Assembly (NCBI GenBank): GCA_965225945.1
Contig: CBDDBZ010000021.1
Span: forward strand, 32,001 to 96,000
Direction: 5' to 3'
Origin: Alphaproteobacteria bacterium
GTDB taxonomy: Bacteria > Pseudomonadota > Alphaproteobacteria > GCA-2731375
DNA: 64,000 nt
A model generated the notes under the pieces. It had not been told where the DNA came from, did not search any database, and was given only the letters and a program-made list of their open reading frames with translations. Position numbers and translations under genes: made by a program. How positions within the stretch are numbered: the stretch's first letter is position 1; each line of letters begins with the position of its first letter. Shown one piece after another: positions 1-10,111 of this stretch.

Positions 1-1
1 C

Positions 2-367
2 CTGCGCGTCACCATCTGCCATTGCGCCTGGTGTCAGCGACGAACCGGGACGGCCTTCGCGGTGGAAGCGGTCTTCGAGGTGGACCAGGTCGAGTTCCAG
101 GGAGGCTCACGGAGCCGATATCGCCACGTCTCCGATGAATCGGGTCGCTGGCTCGAAACCGAGTTTTGCCCCAAATGCGGCACGCCCGTCGGCTTCACGC
201 TGGAGGCGGTCCCCGGAATTCGAACGATCGGCGCCGGTACGCTCGACGAGCCGAACTGGATCAGCTCCGATAGGTTCACATTTCGACATGTCTACGCACG
301 ATCGCGACGGGAGTGGTCGAAAATTCCCGATGGCGTCGACGTTTTCGAGGCGCACTTTCGCGCTTGA
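2..367 (+). CDS. GFA (CENP-V-like) Zn-binding family protein, 5' truncated by window edge
   Basis: The frame is open from base 2: ICHCAWCQRRTG...FCPKCGT, the CxCxxC / FCxxCG motifs of the GFA family. Confidence 0.85.
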   Translation: MRVTICHCAWCQRRTGTAFAVEAVFEVDQVEFQGGSRSRYRHVSDESGRWLETEFCPKCGTPVGFTLEAVPGIRTIGAGTLDEPNWISSDRFTFRHVYARSRREWSKIPDGVDVFEAHFRA

Positions 368-811
368 ATGACTGACCGAAAATATCGCCGGCGGCGCCTT
401 TTGGCGCCATTCCCGGCCCTCTCCCCAGTCTCGGGGAATTTCGAGCCGGACTCCGAGACCGAGCCTCCGGGAAGGGATCCGCGGGCTTCCTCGGGTGCCG
501 CCTGGCATGGCCCGAGAGATACTCCGGGAGCCGGACTTCGGGGATGTCGAGGCGGGTCATGGCCGTCGCTCACCAGGTGTCGAAATAGGCGTATTTCTTG
601 CCCTCGCGGGGTGGCGTGGGGGGCAGGCGGCTGGGCGGGGCTCGAAAGTGGATGGTCCGACGAGCGGCGGACATCGGGAACGCGGCGCTGATCCTCTCCT
701 TCTTCGCAGGCGCCGGGTAACTTGGCAATGCCCGCCGGCGATGCGCTATCCTGCTGGCGCGGTGGCGTCGCGCGCGGCGCTCCCGGCCCAAGACCGGAAA
801 GGGAGAAAACA

Positions 812-1552
812 ATGGCGCGCTGGCCAGCCGTCGTGGCGCTCTGTCTCTTTGCCTTCCCCTGGGCCTTCCTCCCGCCCGCGCGGGCGGCGACGCCGGTGGA
901 TCTCGCCATCGTGGTCTCGCTCGACCGCTCGGAATCGATCGACGCCGAGGACGCGCGCTCGCAGATCGAGGGCCTGCTCTACACGCTCCGTCACAGCCGC
1001 TTTCGCCACACCGTGGCCAGCGGACCGTTGGGGCGGATCGCGCTCGCCGTCGTCACCTGGTCGAGCTTCGGCCGCCACCAGGTGATTCTGCCCTGGACGC
1101 GGATCGCCGGCCCCGCCGACGCCGAGGCCGCCGCAATCGTGTTGGAACGGGATTTCGACCGCCAGCGCGTCGCCCGCCACGGCAGCCAGACCGACATCGC
1201 CTTCGCCATCGAGGTCGCCAGATTGCAGCTCGACGTGTTGCCCTGGCAGGCGCATGAACGGGTGATCAACGTGGTCGCCGACGGCATTTCCAACATCGGC
1301 CGGGTCGCCCGGGTCGACCGCGACGCCGCCGTGGCCCAGGGCATCACGGTGAACGGCCTGATCATGGGCCAAGGCTCGGCGATCGAGGTGCTGAGCCGGT
1401 AATTCAACCGCGAGGTGATCGGCGGCCCCACCGCCTTCCTCCAGTCCAGCACCACGCCGCCGGAGTTCGCGAGAGCGATGCTGCGCAAGATGATCCTGGA
1501 GATGGTCCTCTTGCGCGCGCCCCGGATGCGGGCCGAGAGGGTGGCGGGTTAG
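812..1552 (+). pseudogene. DUF1194 (vWA-like) exported protein with an internal TAA
   Basis: Signal peptide, VDLAIVVSLDRSESID, VINVVADG and GITVNGL motifs. After TAA at 1400-1402 the frame continues with the family C-terminus (FNREVIGGPTAF...FARAMLRKMILEM) to TAG at 1550-1552. Confidence 0.75.
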
Positions 1553-1718
1553 CTCGCCTTGCGGTCGCCCGGGATGGACCGGCTCGGTGCGGATGGCGAG
1601 AGTTTCGACAATGGCGAGCGAGCGGAGCCAAGCCCAGCGCTCCAGCCGGCGTCGATCGCGCGCGCCGTGCTCGACGATCGGCGGGGTGTTTCTCGTTCAA
1701 GCGGTTCGAGGGAATGCG

Positions 1719-1994
1719 TTATGGACGCCGTTGCGCACCATGAACGACCGAGATGATATCGACGAACGCCTCATCCTGTCGGTAAACGACGACGTAGGGC
1801 AGGCTTGGGACAACGAGCTCTCGTGTGCCTGCGACGACACCGCGCCGTCCGGAAGATGGAAACAGGCTCAAGCGCTCGACGGCCTTCTCGATGCGTCCGA
1901 TGACCGCGCTTGCGGCCGCTGGATTGTCTTGTGCGATGTGGGCATTAATGTGTGCGAGATCGGCGCAGGCCTCGAGCCGGAGCCGTATCTTCAT
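1719..1994 (-). CDS. Type II toxin, RelE/ParE family
   Basis: ADLAHINAHIAQDNPAAA...FPSSGRRGVVAGTRELVVPSLPYVVVY...VVHGAQ; overlaps the upstream gene by ATGA. Confidence 0.9.
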   Translation of the reverse strand: MKIRLRLEACADLAHINAHIAQDNPAAASAVIGRIEKAVERLSLFPSSGRRGVVAGTRELVVPSLPYVVVYRQDEAFVDIISVVHGAQRRP

Positions 1995-2212
1995 ACGCTG
2001 CGTTTCTTGAACAGGGCTGCTACCTCTTCATCACTCGCGTAGCGCGCCGGCGCCTCGAGCCGACGTGCCACCTCTGCCAGTTGTTCCGCTGTCAACTGGA
2101 CACTGTCGGGGTCGTGCGTGACCAGGCTGAGCAGAATTTCGGCGGCCTCATTCTGCCGCTGCTCCGGTAGCTTGCGAATCTCCGCGATCGCTTGTTCAAG
2201 CAGTTTCGTCAC
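1991..2212 (-). CDS. Putative cognate antitoxin (addiction-module component-like)
   Basis: 73 aa, MTKLLEQAIAEIRKLPEQRQNEAA...LTAEQLAEVARRL, 4-nt overlap with the toxin start. Confidence 0.8.
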   Translation of the reverse strand: MTKLLEQAIAEIRKLPEQRQNEAAEILLSLVTHDPDSVQLTAEQLAEVARRLEAPARYASDEEVAALFKKRSV

Positions 2213-2260
2213 GATGGCCTCATTCTACCACATCCCGCCGATCCGGCCAGCGACCGCAAC

Positions 2261-2445
2261 ATCTACGGCCTCCGTCGTTGACAGACTTGGCAAATGACCT
2301 GAAGAATGGCACACCCGTGCGCCAGTTCATGACGCAAGAGATACGAACCGTCCCGGCTTACATTGACTTGAGCATGTGACGTGAGCGTGGCCGCGCGGCT
2401 CTACGAGAAAAACATCACCGTCCTTGACCATGAGGGCCAGCGCAC
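2261..2445 (+). pseudogene. Possible CBS-domain gene remnant
   Basis: TPVRQFMTQEIRTVPAY, then in another frame DVSVAARLYEKNITVLDHEG, resembling a CBS pair; frameshifted. Confidence 0.3.
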
Positions 2446-2519
2446 CACGTCCGATTGCGGCCTAACACGCCGAACCGCTCAGACAGAGCACGCTTCGAGC
2501 CCTATTCACGGGAACGCGG

Positions 2520-2750
2520 CACTTCTTGCCATTTGGCAGGATATCCCTGAAAACCGTCAAACCAATGCCCCACCCGACAGAGCCATACACACTCGGCGAG
2601 CACAGACGGAAGCAGCCCCATGAGCTTGGGCTGATGCAGGAGTTCGCCGCCCTCTCGAATGTGGTCGCTTGGACCCTGACCAACCGGGAGAAAGGCCGAA
2701 CCCACCCTCCGATGCGCCAGCTCCCCAGGATCATCGATCGAGATCGCCCG
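2520..2750 (+). pseudogene. Degenerate XRE-family helix-turn-helix remnant
   Basis: PTEPYTLGEHRRKQPHELGLMQEFAALSNVVAWTLTNREKGRTHPPMRQLPRII resembles the XRE pattern TLGEHIRKRR.ELGL.Q...NWEKGRT.P. Confidence 0.5.
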
Positions 2751-2858
2751 CCAGCTCGTCGATATGATCCTGCTGGGGCTCGCACCCCGGGAGGGCCCGC
2801 CGTCGGGTCGATCGGCGTGACCAAGGCAAGGCCCGGGAGCATCGCAAGGCGTGCGATC

Positions 2859-3575
2859 ATGGCGGTTCTCCTCGTCCCGCTCCTCGCCGCCACGGCGAGC
2901 CAAGCGCGGGATGGCTTCGAGGCGGCCCGGCGCGAGATGGTGCGGGTGATCGAACGGCACGCCTTCCAGGCCGCCGAGGCGGTGCCGGGGCGCAAGCTGG
3001 AAGCGCCGGTGCTGGAGGCGATGCGCCGGGTGCCGCGGCACGAGTTCGTGCCCGCGAGCCTGGCCGGCCGGGCCCATGACGACCGGCCGCTGCCGATCGG
3101 CCACGGCCAGACCATCTCGCAGCCCTTCATCGTCGCCCTGATGACCGATCTCGCCGGCGTGCGGGCCGGCGACGTGGTGCTGGAGATCGGCACCGGCTCC
3201 GGCTATCAGGCCGCCGTGCTGGCCGAGGTCGGCGCCGAGGTCTACTCGATCGAGATCATCGAGGCGTTGGCGACGGTGGTGCGCGAGCGCCTCGAGCGGA
3301 TCGGCTATGGCCGGATCGAGACCCGGCTCGGCGACGGCTATTACGGTTGGAAAGAGGCGGCGCCGTTCGATGCCATCGTGGTGACCGCGGCGGCGAGCCA
3401 TGTGCCGCCGCCCCTGGTCCAGCAGCTGAAGCCCGGCGGCCGCATGGTGATACCCGTCGGCGGCGGCGGTTATTCCTTCCAGTACTTGGTCCTGATCGAG
3501 AAGGACGCGGACGGCCGGGTAACCTCGCGCCAGCTCCTGCCGGTGCGCTTCGTGCCTCTGACCGGCGGCCATTGA
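2859..3575 (+). CDS. pcm: Protein-L-isoaspartate(D-aspartate) O-methyltransferase with a signal-peptide-like N-terminus
   Basis: VPRHEFVP, PLPIGHGQTISQP, VLEIGTGSGYQAAVLA, APFDAIVVTAA, QLKPGGRMVIPVG and VRFVPL motifs. Start is uncertain (ATG 2859 or GTG 2817). Confidence 0.93.
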   Translation: MAVLLVPLLAATASQARDGFEAARREMVRVIERHAFQAAEAVPGRKLEAPVLEAMRRVPRHEFVPASLAGRAHDDRPLPIGHGQTISQPFIVALMTDLAGVRAGDVVLEIGTGSGYQAAVLAEVGAEVYSIEIIEALATVVRERLERIGYGRIETRLGDGYYGWKEAAPFDAIVVTAAASHVPPPLVQQLKPGGRMVIPVGGGGYSFQYLVLIEKDADGRVTSRQLLPVRFVPLTGGH

Positions 3576-4482
3576 GGCGGACGTGCGGCTCTGGGCGGTA
3601 GCGCTGCTCTCGGCTGGGGCGCTGTCGTACGAGGTGCTGCTGATCCGGCTCCTGGCGATCGCCCAGTGGCACCACTTCGCCTACATGGTGATCAGCCTTG
3701 CGCTCTTGGGCTATGGCGCCAGCGGCAGCTTCCTGGCGCTGTTTTCCGACCGCCTCCGAGCCCGGGCCGAGAGCGCCTTCGCCGCCCTGGCGATCGCCTT
3801 CGCGCTCGCTGCCGTCGCCGGCGTCGAGGTGGCGACGCGACTGCCTTTCAACGCCTTGGCGATCTTTTGGGAGCCGCTGCAGCTGCTGTGGCTGGCGCTG
3901 CTGTACCTCGTCTTCGCCGTGCCCTTCTTCTTCGCCGCCCTGGCCATCGGCCTGGCGCTGGCGGCCTTCCCCGAACCGGTCGGGCGAATCTACCGCCATG
4001 ACCTGCTCGGCGCCGGAGCCGGGGCCGTCGCGATCATCCTGGCGCTCTTCCTCTTGGCCCCGAAAGCGGCCCTGGTGGCGAGCGCCGGCTTGGCGCTGCT
4101 CGCGGCGCTGCTGGTCGGCGGCGCCAGGGGAGCGCGGCGTCTTCGACGCATCGCCATGGTCGCGCTCGCCGTCGTCGCCGTTTTGCCGGCGGCCTTCACG
4201 CCGCTGCCGATCTCGCCCTACAAGGGCCTGTACCAAATGTTGCTCCGGCCGGAGGCGCGCGTCGTCAGGGAATTGTCGGGTCCCTTGGCGCAGTTGACCG
4301 TCGTCGAGAGCTCGGTCGTGCCATTGCGCCACGCGCCGGGGCTGAGCCTGATGTCGCCCGCGGTGCCGCCGGAGCAGCTGGCGCTGTTCGGCGACGGCGG
4401 CGAGTTGAGCGCCATCAGCCGCTTCGACGGCCGGCTCGAGCCGCTCGCCTATCTCGATGCCGGCACCCAGGCGCTGCCCTAT

Positions 4483-5943
4483 CAGCCCGTTGATTAAGTG
4501 GCTTTTTCCGGCTCTCACTCCCAGATGAGGAATGCGGCGGCGAAAACCGTCTGGCCGCTTTGCGAGACCCCCAGTGCGACCAGCATGGCCCCGGTGGGCG
4601 TGAGCAGCACGAAAATACCGCCATATCCGCCCGCCACGGCCTCGCGCGGGGTGCCGGCGCCGATGAGTTGGCGCATCAGCAACGATAGGTTGTGGCCGGC
4701 GACGTGGAGCAGGTATCGCTTGTGCACGTTCTCGCGGCCCCGAAGCCAGGTCCGGCGCATGCCGCCGCGATCGAGGTTGTGGGCGAAGGAGCGCTCGACG
4801 ATCTCGGCGCGCAGCTTGAAGGCTTCCTTGGCCACCCCCGATAACAGCCGGGTCCGGTTGTTGGTGACCGCGCGCCGCGCCGCCTCGTCGCCGCGCCAGC
4901 GCGCGAAGCCCTTCTGCTTGGGCTCGGCGATCCGGGTCTTCCACGGGCCGTTGTCCAAGGCCTTCAAGACCGCCCGTGAGTGATAGCCTTTGTCGGTCAC
5001 ACATTCGGCCGGGTCCTCTGCCGTCGGCGCCGCGTCAACGCTCGCAAGGTTCTCCTTGGCCGTCTCCAACGTTTTGGGAAGCGTCGTCGTGTCGCCCTCG
5101 TCGGCCGGGTGCAGCTCGGCGGCCACCACCGCGCCGGTGTCCAGATCCACCGCGTGCTCGGGCTTGTAGGCCAGATGCGTCGTGCCGTCCTTCATCTTGG
5201 CGATCTTGGCCTCGGGATCGCTCTTCGAAACCCAGTCCTCGTTGGAAAGCTTCTTGCCCTTGCGCTTGCGGTCCAGACGCGCCAAGTCCTCGGCCGTGGG
5301 CGTCTCGATGCCGCTCTCCCGGGCCAGGTGCTCCAGCATCTCCCGGTAGCCTTCACCCGTGTCGCGCCGCACGATGTTGCGCAGCGCCGCGTTGGCCTCC
5401 ATGGTCGAGGCATCCACCCCGATGCGCTCGCCCTTCACCAGACCCGCCTCGCCGATCAAGGCCAGAACCCAGTCGAAGACCGCCGCGTGGACTTCATGGG
5501 GCAGGCGCGCGCGGGTCCGTGACAGCCAGGAATGGTCCGGCACCCGTTCCCGCATCTCCAACAGCAGGAACTCCCGTAGCGACAGGGAATCCGAGCAGCG
5601 CCACTCCAGCCCACGCTCAGAGTCGATACCCTCGAAGTAGCCCACCAGGTGCATACGGAAGTAGCGCCCGGGTGGCACCGAAGGCGCCCCCATCCTGGCC
5701 GCGTAATAGGGCTGGCAGACCGCCTCGGCGAAGCCGTCGAAGCCGCCCTCGATCAGCACCGACTGCAGGCGGTCGTAAAACACATGACCCGGCGAGCGCG
5801 GCATCTCCGCCCAGCCCACCATCAAGTCCCCCTGAGGATCCTTCTGCTGTCCCATCGCCATCGGCGAATCCTCCGGTCAAATCAGAACATCAAAGAATCA
5901 GACCAAGCCGCTTGCGTCCAGTGCCGACTTCGTCAACGGGCTG
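4483..5943 (-). mobile_element. IS1182-family insertion sequence (1461 bp)
   Basis: Terminal IRs CAGCCCGTTGATTAAGT / ACTTCGTCAACGGGCTG (15/17 match); 4-bp target duplication CTAT at 4479-4482 and 5944-5947. Confidence 0.93.
4515..5861 (-). CDS. IS1182-family DDE transposase
   Basis: 448 aa; GIDSERGLEWRC..SLSLREFL, PDHSWLSR, GVDAST, DPEA, DKGYHS and VERSFA motifs. Confidence 0.92.
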   Translation of the reverse strand: MAMGQQKDPQGDLMVGWAEMPRSPGHVFYDRLQSVLIEGGFDGFAEAVCQPYYAARMGAPSVPPGRYFRMHLVGYFEGIDSERGLEWRCSDSLSLREFLLLEMRERVPDHSWLSRTRARLPHEVHAAVFDWVLALIGEAGLVKGERIGVDASTMEANAALRNIVRRDTGEGYREMLEHLARESGIETPTAEDLARLDRKRKGKKLSNEDWVSKSDPEAKIAKMKDGTTHLAYKPEHAVDLDTGAVVAAELHPADEGDTTTLPKTLETAKENLASVDAAPTAEDPAECVTDKGYHSRAVLKALDNGPWKTRIAEPKQKGFARWRGDEAARRAVTNNRTRLLSGVAKEAFKLRAEIVERSFAHNLDRGGMRRTWLRGRENVHKRYLLHVAGHNLSLLMRQLIGAGTPREAVAGGYGGIFVLLTPTGAMLVALGVSQSGQTVFAAAFLIWE

Positions 5944-7811
5944 CTATCACCTGCTTCGACGCCCGCGCGTCCTGGTGCTGGGCCTGGGCGGTGGCGCGGA
6001 GGTCCTGCGGGCGCTCTATCACCATGCCCGCCGCATCGACGTGGTCGAGCTGGATTCGAACCGTCTGCGCCTGCTTCGCGAGAGCGGCGCCGACTTCGCC
6101 GGCCGGCTGCTGGAGCGATCCGAGGTCGCGGTGCACGTGGCGGAGCCGCGCGCCTTCGTCGCCCACGATCGGCGCCAGCATGATCTGATCGTCGTGCCGC
6201 CGATCGCGGGTGGCGCCGCCGCCAGGGGGCACGGCCTGGGCGAAAGCTACCTGCACACCGAGGAGGCCTTCGCCGGCTATCTCGACCTGTTGGCTCCGGG
6301 CGGCCTGATCGTCGTCAGCGGGCCCCTGAAGCTGCCGCCCCGCGATGCCCTGAAGCTGGTTGCCACCGCGCGCACAGTGCTGGCGCGGCGCGCCATCGCG
6401 CGCCCCGACCGCCGGCTGGCGCTGATCCGCGGCTGGGGCACGACAACGATGCTGGTCAAGCGGGGCGAATTCGGTGCCGAGGACATCGCTCGCCTCAAGA
6501 GCTTCACGGACGCGCGCGGCTTCGACCTCGCCCATTACCCGGGCATGCGGCGGAGCGAGGCCAACCGTGTCAACCGCTTGAGCGCGCCGGTGCTCCATGA
6601 CGGCGCCGCCGCGCTGCTGGGCGACGCGGCACTGGCGGACCGCTTCCTCGCCACCTATCCCTACAACCTGACCCCGGCGCGCGACGATCGGCCCTACGCC
6701 GCCGACTTTTTCGCCTGGCGCGGGCTGGCCGAAGTCTGGCGCATCAGCCGCGCGGGCGGCGCCGTGGTGCTCGACTGGGGACACCTGATCGTGGTGGTGA
6801 CCCTGGCCCAGGCAGTGTTGTTCAGCGCCGCCTTGATTCTGTTGCCTCTGGAGCGCAAGCGCGAGCTCAAAGCCGGTCTCGCCGGGGCAGGGCGGCTCAC
6901 GCTCTATTTCGCCTTGATTGGCGCCGCCTTCCTGCTGATCGAGATTGCCACCATCCAGCGTTTCGTCCTCGTTCTCGGCCATCCCCTCTATGCGGTCGCC
7001 GTGGTCCTGGCGACTTTTCTGGTCGCGGCCGGCATCGGCGCCGGCCTGGCGCCGCGCCTCGATGCCTGGTCCCTGGGACGCCGGTTCGCCGCGCTCGACG
7101 GCGCGGTGGTATCGATCGCGATGATGGCCGGTCTGCATACCGCGTTATTGCCTGTCTTGGCCGTTAGCCTCGGCGCGCTCCCGCCGGCGCTCGAGCTCGC
7201 TGCCGCGGTGCTCGCCATCGCGCCCTTGGGCCTCGTCATGGGGCTGCCGTTCCCGCTCGTGTTGGCCCGCGTGCGGCGATCGAAGCCCGCATTCCTGCCT
7301 TGGGCCTGGGGCGTCAACGGCTTCGCCTCGGTCGTCAGCGCCGTGGGGGCGCAGCTCCTGGCCATGACGCTGGGCTTCCATTGGGTGATGGCGATGGCGG
7401 TGTGCTGCTACGCGCTCGCGGCGTGGGCCGGACGGCGCATCATGAGCGATGCCGGCGGGCAAGACTAATCGAGCGGGGCCTCGGTCTCGCTGATCTCCGT
7501 GCCGAAATCCGACCGTCGGATCACCCGGCGAATCTGCCCGGGACTTACCGAAACACGATACGTGAAGCCAAATCGGAAAAGGCCGGTCAACGACAGCCGC
7601 TGTTACACCAGGTCCTGGGGCACACTCCCGGGTCAAGCCCGATAGGGGAACGTCGTCCTCGCTAGTGGCTTGACTTTAACGCCTGTTTTCACCAAGAATG
7701 AGTGCCGTGACAGTTGATATGTCGATTCCGCGGTTGTCGAGAATCAGGTGGACCTCGCGAATAGCCACGGCCTTGCGATTGAACACCGAAATTGAATGGG
7801 AAGCAGTAGTG

Positions 7812-7919
7812 ATGGCAGAAGATTATCAACTAAAGCACGTAGGAACCGTAGCGGGGATCATTGCGGCTGTTGTATTAGTGTTAGGATTAGGGGGACTTCT
7901 TCTTACTCTTATGACTTAG
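7812..7919 (+). CDS. Putative 35-aa single-TM small protein
   Basis: MAEDYQLKHVGTVAGIIAAVVLVLGLGGLLLTLMT, a long hydrophobic run in an AT-rich patch. Confidence 0.4.
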   Translation: MAEDYQLKHVGTVAGIIAAVVLVLGLGGLLLTLMT

Positions 7920-8067
7920 TAAGGCGTGATCAGCGCCTCATATTTTTCGGTGTTGCAACATGAGAAAGCGCGTGTTTTCTAGCCGTACAATATCAAGTGC
8001 CATAAGCGGGAGCGTAAAGCGACACGGGAATTAAAAGAAAACGACTTAAGTAGAACAGGCGGGTCTA

Positions 8068-8157
8068 ATGCTTTGGGTTGGATTGATAGGGGGATTGCTC
8101 GTAAGCGTACTCGTCATGTTCGGTATATGGTTGTTGATTCGACACTTGGATGAATGA
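8068..8157 (+). CDS. Putative 29-aa single-TM small protein
   Basis: MLWVGLIGGLLVSVLVMFGIWLLIRHLDE (manual translation; below the ORF-track cutoff). Confidence 0.35.
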   Translation: MLWVGLIGGLLVSVLVMFGIWLLIRHLDE

Positions 8158-8348
8158 ATATTTCCGGACGTCGTGGTCGATGTCTCCCATGCCCATGATG
8201 CAAAGACCCCGTCGTCGAGGATCGAGACGGAAATTTTTTGCGCGTTACGCCGGATCGTCGCCTCGGGCCGTGGGAGTTCCGAAGTTTCGAACCGGCATTT
8301 AAACGCTTAGTAACGCCCCACGGCGGTCAGGCGGATGCGCCAACCTCA

Positions 8349-8696
8349 CTATTCCCCCACCTTGAAGAATGTGAGTCGTGTTAGGATGGTGTAGTCTGAT
8401 TCCATCGTCATGAGGGCAACGAACACCATCACCAACACCGGCGGGATCGCAATGGCATAAACCAGGGCCAGCCGTTCCCAGCGCATGTGCATGAAGACGG
8501 CGACGATCAACCCTGCCTTGATCATCATGAACAGGAGGATCAGAGACCATCTCAGGTAACCCTGGAGGTGAAAGTAGTCGACAAGATAGGAAAATAAGCT
8601 GAAAACAAACAGCAACGCCCAGATCTTGAGATAAATGCCAATCGGATGTTGTTGCCCTTCTACGTGGGCATCTTGTTGCGCTTCTTCGTGTGCCAT
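8349..8696 (-). CDS. Cytochrome c oxidase subunit IV family protein
   Basis: QHPIGIYLKIWALLFVFS...KAGLIVAVFMHMRWE; last gene of the cox operon. Confidence 0.88.
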   Translation of the reverse strand: MAHEEAQQDAHVEGQQHPIGIYLKIWALLFVFSLFSYLVDYFHLQGYLRWSLILLFMMIKAGLIVAVFMHMRWERLALVYAIAIPPVLVMVFVALMTMESDYTILTRLTFFKVGE

Positions 8697-8707
8697 GTTT
8701 TTCCCTC

Positions 8708-9433
8708 TTACCAAAGGTAGAATACCGCAAAGATAAACACCCAAACCAGATCGACGAAATGCCAATAGAGACCCATGATTTCGACGGCCACGTAGTCTCC
8801 TTTTCTGCTCGTAAAAAAGCCTGGCGTATTGCGGTCATAGTCGCCCCGCCAAACTTTTCGAGCAATGATAATCAGGAAGATCACGCCGATCGACACGTGC
8901 GTACCATGGAATCCCGTAATCATGAAAAACGTCGAGCCAAACTGAGCCGCGCCCATGGGGTTGCCCCAGGGACGGACACCTTCATCCACGATCAGCTTGG
9001 TCCACTCGAAGGCTTGCATTCCGACGAATGCGGCGCCAAAGGCCGCGGTCGCCAGAATCAGAACAGCACTTTTTACGCGATCGTGTCGATAGCCGAAGTT
9101 GACGGCCATGGCCATCGTCCCGCTACTGCTGATCAAAATGAAGGTCATGATGGCGATCAGAATGAGTGGGATGGGTTCGCCGCCGAGACTCAGGGCGAAG
9201 ACCTCGCTGGGGTAGGGCCAATCCACCGTGGTCGACGATCTGACGGTCATATAGGAGAGCAGGAAACAGCTGAATATGAAGGTGTCGCTGAGCAGGAAGA
9301 TCCACATCATCGCCTTGCCCCAGTGGACATTCTTGAATGCCCGCTGGTCCGACGACCAGTCGGCGACGACGCCTTCCAGGCCACCCGGCGGCGTGAGGGA
9401 TTGTTCCGTGTCGCTCACCGTCGTTTGTGCCAC
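8708..9433 (-). CDS. coxP: Heme-copper oxidase subunit III (CoxP-like)
   Basis: GKAMMWIFLLSD, FFMITGFHGTHV and GLYWHFVDLVW motifs; GTG start after GAGGTGG. Confidence 0.88.
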   Translation of the reverse strand: MAQTTVSDTEQSLTPPGGLEGVVADWSSDQRAFKNVHWGKAMMWIFLLSDTFIFSCFLLSYMTVRSSTTVDWPYPSEVFALSLGGEPIPLILIAIMTFILISSSGTMAMAVNFGYRHDRVKSAVLILATAAFGAAFVGMQAFEWTKLIVDEGVRPWGNPMGAAQFGSTFFMITGFHGTHVSIGVIFLIIIARKVWRGDYDRNTPGFFTSRKGDYVAVEIMGLYWHFVDLVWVFIFAVFYLW

Positions 9434-9449
9434 GAGCTCATCCACCTCT

Positions 9450-10064
9450 TTACGTAAACAACAGCAAACCAAACATTACCAGCCAGACCAAGAGCAGAAA
9501 GTGCCAATAAACGGCACATAATTCGATGCTCAAGCGCACCTGGTCCGCCTGGAGACCGCGCCGCACCTTGTCGCTGGTCCTGGCCCAGGCCACCAGGCCG
9601 CCCAGCAGGTGCACCCCGTGTAGCGCGGTGATCAGGTAGAAGAAGGCGTTGGCCGGGTTCGACGCGGCATAATAGCCCAACGCCACCAGTTCTCGCCACG
9701 TCCAAAGCTGCCCGGCCAGGAAGATAAAGGCGAAAACGCCGCCGACGAGCAGCCCGACCCTGACGCCGTCGATCCGTCCGCGCCGCGCCGCAACCCGTGC
9801 CCATTGCAACGCGATACTACTCAGGACCAGCATGGCCGTGTTGGGCCACAACAGCCACGGTTCGGGCAAGGGGCGCCAATCCCCGAGCGCCATCCGATCG
9901 GCATAGACGATCACCAGAAGCGAAAACACGACCGTGGCCACGGCGAGAAACACCCGCAGTCCGAGCGTCTCCGTGGGCAGGGAAAACAGCGCTCCACCAT
10001 GAAGGGGAACCACCGTGCTCTGCGTCTCCCATGGTTTTTCAGTCAGCTGACGGAATAAATTCAC
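9450..10064 (-). CDS. coxO: Heme-copper oxidase subunit III (CoxO-like)
   Basis: FFYLITALHGVHLLGG and YWHFLLLVW motifs. Confidence 0.88.
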   Translation of the reverse strand: MNLFRQLTEKPWETQSTVVPLHGGALFSLPTETLGLRVFLAVATVVFSLLVIVYADRMALGDWRPLPEPWLLWPNTAMLVLSSIALQWARVAARRGRIDGVRVGLLVGGVFAFIFLAGQLWTWRELVALGYYAASNPANAFFYLITALHGVHLLGGLVAWARTSDKVRRGLQADQVRLSIELCAVYWHFLLLVWLVMFGLLLFT

Positions 10065-10111
10065 CGATAGGTTCCTATAAGCGCCGCACGTGATCGAGCG
10101 ATTTTTCGACC

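Larger units (their letters stand above)
3583..7468 (+). pseudogene. Polytopic membrane protein with a central spermidine-synthase-like SAM domain, split by IS1182
   Basis: Removing 4483-5947 restores ...QALPY|HLLRRPRVLVLGLGGG...IDVVELD...DDRPY...AWAWGVNGFASV, with TM helices at both ends. Confidence 0.88.

Noticed and set aside
480-560. MTRLDIPEVRLPEYLSGHARRHPRKPA resembling an acyl-CoA ligase N-terminus
   Set aside because: It is too short to support a call; at most a tiny remnant.
4976-5943. N-terminal extension of the 830-aa ORF as an IS-host fusion protein
   Set aside because: It is an antisense reading of the transposase with no RBS or motif; a fortuitous open frame.
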